From NCBI GenBank assembly GCA_963736115.1, contig CAVTNR010000012.1, forward strand, positions 224,001-288,000: a stretch of DNA of 64,000 bases. The letters are read 5' to 3'. Shown in pieces: positions 9,758 to 18,064 of the stretch. Every line of letters starts with the position of its first letter. Within the stretch, counting starts at the first letter, position 1. The DNA comes from an uncultured bacterium. GTDB taxonomy: Bacteria; Zhuqueibacterota; QNDG01; DTFT01. The notes under the pieces are model-generated. The model was not told the DNA's origin, made no database searches, and saw only the letters and a program-made list of their open reading frames with translations. The translations under genes were made by a program, and so were the position numbers.

Positions 9758-9779
9758 CGGCTATGGACAAGGGACTTTT

Positions 9780-12518
9780 TCACCCCAGCGTCTCCCGCTG
9801 TTTTCTCAGCGTCGCGAGTTTCTCCTCGAAGTCCGCCTGCTTCCGCCGCTCCTTTTCCACGACCTCCTGCGGCGCGCGACCGATGAAATCCGCGTTGGAA
9901 AGCTTCCCCTCCAGCCCCTTGAGAAGGCTTTCCATGCGGCCGATCTCCTTCGAGATCCGCTCCTTCTCCACCGCGAGGTCGATGAGTCCGCCGAGCGGGA
10001 GAAAAAGCTCGACGTCCCCGATCAGGCCGGCCGCGGCGCCGGCCGGCTTCTGCCCGCCGGACTGTCGAATCACGGATTCAACATTCGCGAGCTTGTCGAA
10101 ATACGCCGCATTTTCCATGAGGAGGCGGCATTTCGACTCATTGCCCCTCAGGATGAGGCCGGCTTTCTTTTCGGGCGGCACGTTCATGCCGCTCCGGATG
10201 TTCCGCACCGCGCCGATGGCCTCCTGAATCAGGCCGACCGCGGTCTCGGCCTCCTCGTCCATCAGGGACGGATCGGTTTTCGGATAAGGCCGGTTCAGGA
10301 TGGTGTGGACTGCTGAAGCCGGATCGGCCGGAACCGGCAGGGACTGCCAGATCGCCTCGGTGATGAAGGGCATGAAAGGATGCCCCAGCCGGAGTATGGA
10401 TTCCAGAACATGGAGCGCCGTGGTCCTGGCCGAGGCCTGCGCCTCTGGATTCCCCGCGTCGTAGAGCCTGGGTTTCGCGAGCTCGAGGTACCAGTCGCAG
10501 TACTCCGACCAGACAAAACGGTATAGCGCCTGAGCGGCCTCATTGAACCGGAACTGCTCGAGGCTGGACCGGATTTCCCCGGTCGCGGCATTGAGCCGGC
10601 TCAGGATCCAGCGGTCCGCGAGGTCGGACCGGCCGGAGCCGCCGGGTTTGATCGGATCCTCCAGAACCTGGTTCTCACCGAGGTTCATCATCACGAAGCG
10701 CGAAGCGTTCCACAGCTTGTTCGCGAACTTCTGCCCCATTTCCACCAGCGGGTGGTCGAAGTGCACGTCTCCGCCCAGGGGCGTCTGAAACACCATGGTC
10801 AGGCGGATGGCGTCCGCGCCGTACGCGGGCACGCCGGCTTTATAGGATGGATTGTGCTTCGCGAATTCGCCCACGGTTTTCGCGTCCGCGCCGTCAATGA
10901 GCCAGATGGGATCCGGGGAGTTGCCGAGGGATTTGGACATCTTGCGGCCGGACAGGTCGCGGATCATGCCGTTGAAATACACGTCGCGGAACGGCGCCTC
11001 GCCGGTGAACTCAAGCGAGGCCATGATCATCCGCGCCACCCAGAAGAAAATGATGTCCGGACCGGTCACGAGCGAGTCCGTGGGAAAGAACGCCTTCAGT
11101 TCGTCGGTCTTCTCCGGCCAGCCCAGCGTGGAGAACGGCCAGAGCCAGGAGGAAAACCATGTGTCGAGCACATCCGGATCCTGCTCGAGCTTCCGGCTCC
11201 CGCACTCGGGGCAGGCCGCGGGCCTGTCTTCGCGGTGCACGGACATGTGTCCGTTTTCACAGGTCCATACGGGAATCCGGTGTCCCCACCAGACCTGGCG
11301 GCTGATGCACCAGTCGCGGATGTTCCGCATCCAGTGAAAATACGTCTCCTCCCACTGCTTCGGATGGAAGCGGATGCGGCCCTGCTCCACAGCGGCGAGG
11401 GCCGGCTCGGCCAGCGGCTGCATCTTCACGAACCACTGATCGGAAAGAAACGGTTCGACGATGGTATTGCACCGATAGCAGTGCGGAATGGGCGTGACCC
11501 GCGGCTCGTCGGACAACACGCGGCCCTGTTCCCCGAGGTCCCGCAGAATCCGCTTTCGGGCCTCGAACCGGTCGAGTCCATTGTACGGGCCCGCGTTCGC
11601 ATTCATTACGCCCCGGTCGTCGATGACCGATATCGCCTCGAGCCCGTGTCTCCGGCCGACTTCAAAATCGTTGAAATCGTGGGCCGGCGTGATTTTCACC
11701 GCGCCGCTCCCCTTCTCGGGGTCGGCATATTCGTCCGCAACGATCGGGATGCGGCGGTTCATGAGCGGCAGGATCACCGTTTTTCCGACCAGTGCCTTGT
11801 ACCGGTCATCGTCCGGATGCACCGCGACCGCGGTGTCGCCGAGCAGGGTCTCCGGCCGCGTGGTCGAGACGCGGATGACCTGGTCCGATCCTTCCAGGGG
11901 ATAGGCAATGGTCCAGAATTTTCCATTGACGTCCGTGGCGGGCGCTTCCTCATCGGCCAGCGCGGTCTGACAGCGCGGGCACCAGTTGATCAGGCGGCGG
12001 CCGCGATAGATCAGTTTCTTTTCATAAAGACGGACGAACACCTCGCGCACGGCTCTGGAAAGCCCCTCGTCCATGGTGAAGCGCTCCCGCTCCCAGTCGC
12101 ATGAGGCGCCCAGTTTGCGCAGCTGCTGGAGTATGATGCCGCCGTATTTCTCCTTCCATTCCCAGACGCGGGCGATCAGTTTCTCGCGGCCCAGGTCGTG
12201 GCGCGTCAGACCCTCGGCCTTGAGCGCGGCCTCGACCCTGTTCTGCGTGGCGATGCCCGCGTGGTCCGTGCCCGGCATCCACAGGGATTCAAACCCGTCC
12301 ATGCGCTTCCAGCGGACCAGCAGGTCCTGGAGAGTGTTATTGAGGATATGTCCCATGGTCAGCATGCCCGTCACATTGGGCGGCGGGATCATCACCGTGT
12401 ACTTGGGTTTCGGGCTTTTCGGGTCCGCATGGAAAAGCCGGTTGTCCATCCAATACTGATACCATCGGGATTCCACTTCAAGGGGATTGTACACTTTATC
12501 GAGAACAGGACGCGACAT
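9780..12518 (-). CDS. valS: Valine--tRNA ligase
   Basis: PPPNVTG-LTMGH (HIGH-type), DHAGIATQ, TTRPETLLGD, DWCISRQ, DVLDTWFSS, KMSKS, C-terminal coiled coil. Confidence 0.97.
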   Translation of the reverse strand: MSRPVLDKVYNPLEVESRWYQYWMDNRLFHADPKSPKPKYTVMIPPPNVTGMLTMGHILNNTLQDLLVRWKRMDGFESLWMPGTDHAGIATQNRVEAALKAEGLTRHDLGREKLIARVWEWKEKYGGIILQQLRKLGASCDWERERFTMDEGLSRAVREVFVRLYEKKLIYRGRRLINWCPRCQTALADEEAPATDVNGKFWTIAYPLEGSDQVIRVSTTRPETLLGDTAVAVHPDDDRYKALVGKTVILPLMNRRIPIVADEYADPEKGSGAVKITPAHDFNDFEVGRRHGLEAISVIDDRGVMNANAGPYNGLDRFEARKRILRDLGEQGRVLSDEPRVTPIPHCYRCNTIVEPFLSDQWFVKMQPLAEPALAAVEQGRIRFHPKQWEETYFHWMRNIRDWCISRQVWWGHRIPVWTCENGHMSVHREDRPAACPECGSRKLEQDPDVLDTWFSSWLWPFSTLGWPEKTDELKAFFPTDSLVTGPDIIFFWVARMIMASLEFTGEAPFRDVYFNGMIRDLSGRKMSKSLGNSPDPIWLIDGADAKTVGEFAKHNPSYKAGVPAYGADAIRLTMVFQTPLGGDVHFDHPLVEMGQKFANKLWNASRFVMMNLGENQVLEDPIKPGGSGRSDLADRWILSRLNAATGEIRSSLEQFRFNEAAQALYRFVWSEYCDWYLELAKPRLYDAGNPEAQASARTTALHVLESILRLGHPFMPFITEAIWQSLPVPADPASAVHTILNRPYPKTDPSLMDEEAETAVGLIQEAIGAVRNIRSGMNVPPEKKAGLILRGNESKCRLLMENAAYFDKLANVESVIRQSGGQKPAGAAAGLIGDVELFLPLGGLIDLAVEKERISKEIGRMESLLKGLEGKLSNADFIGRAPQEVVEKERRKQADFEEKLATLRKQRETLG

Positions 12519-12570
12519 GGACTCCTCGTCATTAGGAATGCGAAGGGGGGAGTTACAAGTAAATCATTGA

Positions 12571-12599
12571 AAGTTAGGGAATTCTGTATTTATTGTCAA
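12571..12599 (-). promoter_or_regulatory. sigma70-type promoter of valS
   Basis: Minus strand TTGACA-17 nt-TAACTT, 52 nt before the ATG. Confidence 0.7.
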
Positions 12600-12658
12600 G
12601 TCGGTAGAAAGTAAATGGAACACGGATGGACACGGGTAAAGAAAAGACTCTAAGCAGA

Positions 12659-12815
12659 CCTTCAATACTTAACAAATCTAATTGCTTGGTCCCGCGTCGT
12701 GGGAGGCGCCTGCATCAACGCTGCATGACGCGCTCAGTACCACAGGAGCAAGAGGCTCCTGCCTCTGCGAGTCCGCGGGCTCTGATCGCTCGGGAGATAT
12801 CTCCCGGGCGATCCA
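12659..12815. repeat. Stack of palindromic elements including one copy of the CCTTCAATA...CTTGGTCCCGC motif
   Basis: Motif copy at 12659-12704; hairpins CAGGAGC/GCTCCTG and GATCGCTCGGGAGA/TCTCCCGGGCGATC. Confidence 0.55.
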
Positions 12816-13032
12816 AAAGCCTTCAGAAGGGAAATATGCGCAAAAAAGCGATTTCATATAGCAATTCATCAATTTCAATTTTATATATAGTATGTCGTTT
12901 CTGTCATAATTATTTCAAAACGGAATATCAATTTCATTTTGTTAATAAATATGTCAATTTGAAATCAGCCGTGACAAAACACGCACGTTCGTAAAGCTAT
13001 AAATTATAATTACATAGAAAAAGCATTCGTAC

Positions 13033-13048
13033 TGGCACCCCGTTTGCT
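13033..13048 (+). promoter_or_regulatory. sigma54 (-24/-12) promoter
   Basis: TGGCAC-CCCGT-TTGCT, an exact match to TGGCAC-N5-TTGCW with GG-N10-GC spacing, in an AT-rich intergenic region. Confidence 0.8.
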
Positions 13049-13058
13049 TATCCTATAA

Positions 13059-13132
13059 ACAGTATCAAAAAACCTCCTTTCCTCACAACCCCTGAAGTCC
13101 GCATTGCCCGCAACGATGCGGACTTCTTTTTT
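13059..13132 (+). ncRNA. Candidate sigma54-dependent small RNA with anti-Shine-Dalgarno seed
   Basis: Lies between the sigma54 promoter and an intrinsic terminator; no ORF; unpaired AACCUCCUUUCCUC at 13071-13084. Confidence 0.6.
13094..13132 (+). terminator. Rho-independent terminator
   Basis: GAAGTCCGCATTG-7 nt-CGATGCGGACTTC stem followed by T6. Confidence 0.85.
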
Positions 13133-13137
13133 CTTCC

Positions 13138-13166
13138 TTGACTTCCTTTGAATTATTCAGTAGCAT
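13138..13166 (+). promoter_or_regulatory. sigma70-type promoter of menA
   Basis: TTGACT-17 nt-TAGCAT immediately after the terminator. Confidence 0.65.
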
Positions 13167-13253
13167 AATTTGTTGTGACAGTGCTGCTTCAGCGGTCCTT
13201 TCCGCGTCTGGTACGGGGAGCCAAGAACCACAGTTGAAACAGGAGGTAACGGG

Positions 13254-14234
13254 ATGCTAATGAATGCCAGCCACCCCGAAGACCGTCCCGGAGCGGCGAT
13301 GCCCGCCGGAAAGCCCTCGTTGATCCGAATGGTGCGCGCTCCGTTTCTTTCATCGATCCTGGCGCCGATCGTTGCGGGAACCCTGGTCGCGGTCTCCGTC
13401 ACAGGCGAATTCCGGCTTGCCGGATTTCTCCTGGCGCTGGCCCTGGGCGTCGGATTGCACGTGGCCACCAACGTGTACAACGACATCTACGACACGATCC
13501 AGGGATCCGACCGCATCAATATGCTCCGCAACGAATTCAGCGGCGGCTCCGGCATTCTGGTGGAACACCCGGAATTCATGAGCCGGATGCGCTGGACGGC
13601 CAGGGGCGGCCTGGCCCTGGCGACGATCGCGACGATCGGATTGATGTTCGTGATCCGGCGATCCCTGTGGCCTCAGTGCCTGGCGCTGTTCACTGTTTCC
13701 GTTTTTCTGAGTAAATACTACACCGCCCATCCGATCAAGCTTGCCTACCGGGGTCTGGGGGAATTTTTCGTGTGGTTCGCCTTCGGCCCAATGGCGGTCT
13801 GGATCGCATCCGTCAGCCAGAACCTGGGATGGCACGCCCTCATTGTCACGGCCATGCCTGCAACCGGCATCAGCACACTCTCCATTCTGCTCATCGGCCA
13901 GATCATCGACCTTCCAGCGGACGAGGCGACCGGCAAGCACGGAATCGCCGTTCGAATGGGAGTGCCTGCCACGGTCCGGGGTTTCGGCGCGGTTCAACTG
14001 GTTCTGGTGCTCAACCTGGCCCTTCTCGCGTGGCGCATGGGGCGGCACGGTTGGCCCGTACTGCTCGGCGCCGTGCCGGTCGCGTTTCTTTTGCCCGGGA
14101 TCTGGAAGCTTCTCGACGGCGGCAGAGCCGACACCGCGGCCCTCAAGGCGGCGGCGAAATCCAACGTCCAATTGCACCTTCTGTTCTCACTGCTGTTCAT
14201 CATCGGCCTGCTGATTTCACTGTCGCTGAAATAG
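13254..14234 (+). CDS. menA: UbiA-family prenyltransferase, 1,4-dihydroxy-2-naphthoate polyprenyltransferase-like
   Basis: RAPFL, NVYNDIYDTIQGSD, FSGGSG, YTAHPIKLAYRGLGE, DLPADEATGK; AGGAGG RBS. Confidence 0.82.
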   Translation: MLMNASHPEDRPGAAMPAGKPSLIRMVRAPFLSSILAPIVAGTLVAVSVTGEFRLAGFLLALALGVGLHVATNVYNDIYDTIQGSDRINMLRNEFSGGSGILVEHPEFMSRMRWTARGGLALATIATIGLMFVIRRSLWPQCLALFTVSVFLSKYYTAHPIKLAYRGLGEFFVWFAFGPMAVWIASVSQNLGWHALIVTAMPATGISTLSILLIGQIIDLPADEATGKHGIAVRMGVPATVRGFGAVQLVLVLNLALLAWRMGRHGWPVLLGAVPVAFLLPGIWKLLDGGRADTAALKAAAKSNVQLHLLFSLLFIIGLLISLSLK

Positions 14235-14279
14235 CCAAGGGATCCGGATGACGGATCCGGCCGGCACCGAGGAGGATGA

Positions 14280-14882
14280 ATGCCCATATGGCCGAAGCGG
14301 CTTCTGGAAAGATACACCCGCCTGGAGGACGGCCGTGTCTCGATTGACGTATCCGTGGAGCGGGTGGAGGATCTGTACAACGATTTCGAACGCTCCGTGC
14401 CCTTCATGAAAAAGGATTTAAACGATGAATTCGCGGATTACCTCGCCGATTCGGGCCGCGAGATCGGGAAAACTTCCTTCGTGGTGCGCCTCAATCTGGA
14501 CCGATTCCCTGACGAAACGCTCATGGAGAGGGTCCGGCGGAGCATCCGGAGTTACTTTCAATACCGCGCGGAGATGGAAACACGGGAATTGAGAAAAATC
14601 GTCGAGACTTCAATCTGGCTGGGAACGGGCGGGTTCTTTCTCCTCGCCGTGGACATCACCCTGAACCGGCTGTATGCGGACACGGCGGGCGTGGTCGGCG
14701 GCATTCTGCTCGAAGGCCTCACCATCTCGGCCTGGGTCGCCTTGTGGGAATTTTTGGCCAACATCCTAGTCAACTGGGGGCCCCACCGCCGCGACATCCG
14801 GCTCTACCGCAGGCTGTCCGAAGCCGAGATCCTGTTCCGCGAGACGTTTTCGAAAACCCGGCCGGTTGAAGAACGTCCCTGA
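14280..14882 (+). CDS. Hypothetical protein with two C-terminal TM helices
   Basis: GAGGAGG RBS; VEDLYNDF...KDLNDEFADYL; EGLTISAWVALWE. Confidence 0.75.
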   Translation: MPIWPKRLLERYTRLEDGRVSIDVSVERVEDLYNDFERSVPFMKKDLNDEFADYLADSGREIGKTSFVVRLNLDRFPDETLMERVRRSIRSYFQYRAEMETRELRKIVETSIWLGTGGFFLLAVDITLNRLYADTAGVVGGILLEGLTISAWVALWEFLANILVNWGPHRRDIRLYRRLSEAEILFRETFSKTRPVEERP

Positions 14883-14992
14883 TCCGTTGCCGCATCATGA
14901 CCGGCAGAGATCTGTAAAACGCTCCGGGCCTTCAATATCTCGAAAATAAAATAGCTTGGTCCCGCGCAGCGGGACCTGATTTCCAGCATGCA

Positions 14993-15029
14993 AAACGCTC
15001 CGGGAGGTTTGGAACCTCCCGGAGCGTTT
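14993..15029. terminator. Bidirectional hairpin between convergent genes (ACCTCCCGG family)
   Basis: AAACGCTCCGGGAGGTT-TGG-AACCTCCCGGAGCGTTT perfect 17-bp stem. Confidence 0.75.
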
Positions 15030-15059
15030 CTTCTTTCGATAACCCGGAACGTTTTTAAC

Positions 15060-18017
15060 TCATTTTTGGATTTTTGGGCTTTCCGGCGGTCCGAGATAGC
15101 TCGGCTTCAGCCCGCCCGCGTCCACGACCAGCTTCTGCAGGACCAGGCCCGGATCGACCATCCAGAACTTCAGTACATGTTCACCCGGTTTTAAGCCCCC
15201 GTGTTTCGTCCGGAATATCCGGATGTTCTCACCCACCGCCTGATTCCACCACTGCGGGTATTTCCAGTCCGGAATGGTGTCATTTTCATGGACATTCACG
15301 ATCCGGATAGGCCCGTCGTCAAAGGAAATGCCGTACCGGAATCCCGGACCGGCCGTGAAATTCTGGGTCGGCGCAAAATACGCGTGTACCGTCACGTCGC
15401 CTTCATGGAACAGGTTCGTCTTGTATTCGATACGCGGCGAATCCCCTCCCGGAACGCGCGGTTCCGCTGTAACCGGCAGAGGCGTGACTCCGGACAAGGT
15501 TCTGCCGAATCCCGGAATCCGGTTCCACCGGATGGAATCCGGCTCGGTCACGGCGGACCAGTTCTCCGCCTCGATCGAGACGAAGCCTTCGCTCTCGACG
15601 AATGCGTCGCCGCTGCACTCCCGGAGCGCGGGGGGATTGAACACTTCCGCGTACACGATGACCCGCGTGTTCTCCGGACCCTCCAGGGTAAGGGGCACGC
15701 GATGCCTGCCCTCCGGCACACTGCGCCAGTTCACGCTCACGGTCAGTCTCTGCTCTTTCGCGATCGTTCCGCGTTCAGGTTGAACCGACAGCCAGGGCGC
15801 GCCGGACCGGATCTTGAATTTGACGCTTTTCTGCCCGCTGTTGAACACATCGATGAAGCGCGTCTGTTTTGCGAAAACGTTCATTTCCGGAAGAACCGCA
15901 TCACCCTTCTCTTCCGGCCACCACAGTTCGGACCCCTCGACAGCCACGCCCATCCCCCCCTTTTTCAGAATCCGGATTTCATCCACCTTCGGCATCACGT
16001 CCTTTTCCGGCTGCTGCCAATAGGTGTACCCGATGTGGGTCTGGTCCATCATGTGGTTCCACTTGCCGCCGGCCAGCACCTGGCTGTAAAAGCGTGTGAT
16101 TTCCGCGTCCCGGGCGAACAGATCCCGCGCTTTCTGCGCCAGGTCATTGGTCGAAACCCTTCCCTGCTTCGCGTACAACCGGTTTCTCGCAACCGTGACG
16201 TACAGGTCGTTGAGGTTCGCGCAGGCCTCGATGGGGTGCAAAACGAGCTGGTAGAACGCATCGTGATATTCCGGGGACAAAATCTTCTGAATGTCCCTGG
16301 CTCTCGCTTCCAGGGAGCGCCAATCCTCGACGATGCGATCGGCCTCCCGGTAATTCGTCAGTGAAAAAGTCTCCGGCCCCAGCATCTCGGGTTTACGCCT
16401 GGAGTTGTACCGTAAGTAATCGGTCAACAGATTGGCGATTTCGGTGTCGTGTTCATATCCGAACTGCTGTCCGGACCAATCCTCTGCATAGTCCATCAGG
16501 CGATCAGCCGACCATGGAGCCGGATCCCAAGCGTAATCCAGGAAGAACGAGATCGGGTATTCCATGGGCTTGATGTCGCCCACGTTCACGATCCAGATCC
16601 GGTCCACGCCGTATTCCAGGCAGAGGTGCATCTGCTCCCAGATCCTGGCGATGGGGTTTGTATTGAGCCACTTGTAATTCCGCGGCCCGCCCACAAAGTC
16701 GAAGTGGTAGTACATGCCATACCCGCCGGACCGTGGCGGATCCTTCGGATCGGGCAGGCGGCGCACGTTCCCCCAGTTGTCGTCGCAGAGAAGCAATGTC
16801 ACGTCGTCCGGCACGCGCATGCCCTTGTCATAGTATTCCTGTACTTCCTTGTACAGGGCCCAGTCCTGCGGCGTCTCGGACGGATCCTTCCCCGTCACCG
16901 CCCGGATTATTTGCCTCTGGTCCCGGACGATGCGCTCCAGAAGGGCGATGTTCGCGCCCTCGGTCATGGGCATGTCCCCATCGCCCCGCATGCCCACGGT
17001 CACGATGCTCTCATGACCGTCCATGTTGCGTATCCCCTGTTTCCAGAATTCCTTCAGTCCCTCCTCATTGTGGTCGTAATTCCACTGGCCCTTTCCAAAC
17101 TGCTTCCACTCCTGCTGGGCCCTCTGCATGGGCTCGTGGTGCGACGTGCCCATCACGATTCCGTATTCGTCCGCGAGAATGGGATTCAGCGGATCGTCGG
17201 TATTGAACGCATTCCCCCACATGGCAGGCCACAGGTAATTGCCCTTCAGTCTGAGGATGAGCTCGAACACCTTCTCGTAGAACAGGTGATTGAAGCCCCC
17301 GAATTTCTCGCGTGTCCAGCCGGATAGGCAGGGCGCCTCGTCATTGATAAAAATGCCGCGATATTTCACCGCCGGTCCGTCATCAACCCGCCAGCCGGGC
17401 GTGACAGCCAGCGATTTGCACTTGACGACCGGAACATCAGCCCACCAGGTCCAGGGAGACACGCCGATGTCTCCGGACAATTCATACAAACCGTAAATGG
17501 TTCCCCGCTTGTCGCTTCCCGCGATCACCAGCGCCCGGCGCACACTCGGAAAAGGCTTTTCAACGACCTGGAACAGTGTGGCTTCCCATCGACCGGAAAT
17601 CCGTGACGCCTCGATTCTGCCTTCCCGCGCAAGCCTATCGATTAAAACGCTTTTCCCGAGTGTGCCGGCGATGACCACTTCCCCGGAATCGGGAAGCCTG
17701 CTGAACAGGATTTCAGGTTCCGTGCCCGTCACGCGCCCGACGTCCGTTCCGAAGTTTTTCAACGCGCGGATCACGCCCGGAAAATCCGCGGAGTCCGCGG
17801 CCAGCGGAGTCGACCGGCCCCGGTCGTGCAGGAGGACAGATCCTTCCTGCAAGTCCTGCCAACTGGAGATTACGACGGCATGATCGCTGGGCGGCGTAGC
17901 GAACGCCGGTACCATGCTGAACAGGATCGGAAGGATCAGGACGGATTTCATGAACACGAATCGGCGGCTGCGCGATCCGCTCAGGCGGGCGAAAAGCTGA
18001 TGTTTTGCGGTATTCAT
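15060..18017 (-). CDS. Glycoside hydrolase family 115 (xylan alpha-1,2-glucuronidase-like)
   Basis: IAGSDKRGTIYG, GVSPWTWWAD, KYRGIFINDE, NYLWPAMW, GTSHHEPM, GMRGDGD, YKEVQEYY, DDNWGN, PSYLGPPES. Confidence 0.93.
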   Translation of the reverse strand: MNTAKHQLFARLSGSRSRRFVFMKSVLILPILFSMVPAFATPPSDHAVVISSWQDLQEGSVLLHDRGRSTPLAADSADFPGVIRALKNFGTDVGRVTGTEPEILFSRLPDSGEVVIAGTLGKSVLIDRLAREGRIEASRISGRWEATLFQVVEKPFPSVRRALVIAGSDKRGTIYGLYELSGDIGVSPWTWWADVPVVKCKSLAVTPGWRVDDGPAVKYRGIFINDEAPCLSGWTREKFGGFNHLFYEKVFELILRLKGNYLWPAMWGNAFNTDDPLNPILADEYGIVMGTSHHEPMQRAQQEWKQFGKGQWNYDHNEEGLKEFWKQGIRNMDGHESIVTVGMRGDGDMPMTEGANIALLERIVRDQRQIIRAVTGKDPSETPQDWALYKEVQEYYDKGMRVPDDVTLLLCDDNWGNVRRLPDPKDPPRSGGYGMYYHFDFVGGPRNYKWLNTNPIARIWEQMHLCLEYGVDRIWIVNVGDIKPMEYPISFFLDYAWDPAPWSADRLMDYAEDWSGQQFGYEHDTEIANLLTDYLRYNSRRKPEMLGPETFSLTNYREADRIVEDWRSLEARARDIQKILSPEYHDAFYQLVLHPIEACANLNDLYVTVARNRLYAKQGRVSTNDLAQKARDLFARDAEITRFYSQVLAGGKWNHMMDQTHIGYTYWQQPEKDVMPKVDEIRILKKGGMGVAVEGSELWWPEEKGDAVLPEMNVFAKQTRFIDVFNSGQKSVKFKIRSGAPWLSVQPERGTIAKEQRLTVSVNWRSVPEGRHRVPLTLEGPENTRVIVYAEVFNPPALRECSGDAFVESEGFVSIEAENWSAVTEPDSIRWNRIPGFGRTLSGVTPLPVTAEPRVPGGDSPRIEYKTNLFHEGDVTVHAYFAPTQNFTAGPGFRYGISFDDGPIRIVNVHENDTIPDWKYPQWWNQAVGENIRIFRTKHGGLKPGEHVLKFWMVDPGLVLQKLVVDAGGLKPSYLGPPESPKIQK

Positions 18018-18064
18018 GTGAATCCCTTTCTTCTGGATGGCATCGCCGGACCGCCCGGCCCGTC

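Noticed and set aside
12340-12390. ValRS HIGH motif reads TMGH
   Set aside because: A single-residue variant in an otherwise complete enzyme; not enough evidence for altered function.
12687-12815. Structured region ending in ...GGGACCA on the minus strand, considered as a tRNA/tmRNA or a T-box (TGGTAC) upstream of valS
   Set aside because: No T-loop or cloverleaf, the T-box consensus is incomplete, and valS has its own promoter downstream of it. It is better explained as stacked palindromic repeats.
12626-12994. 122-aa ORF in the valS-menA gap
   Set aside because: It crosses repeat elements and AT-rich regulatory DNA, has atypical composition and no clear RBS.
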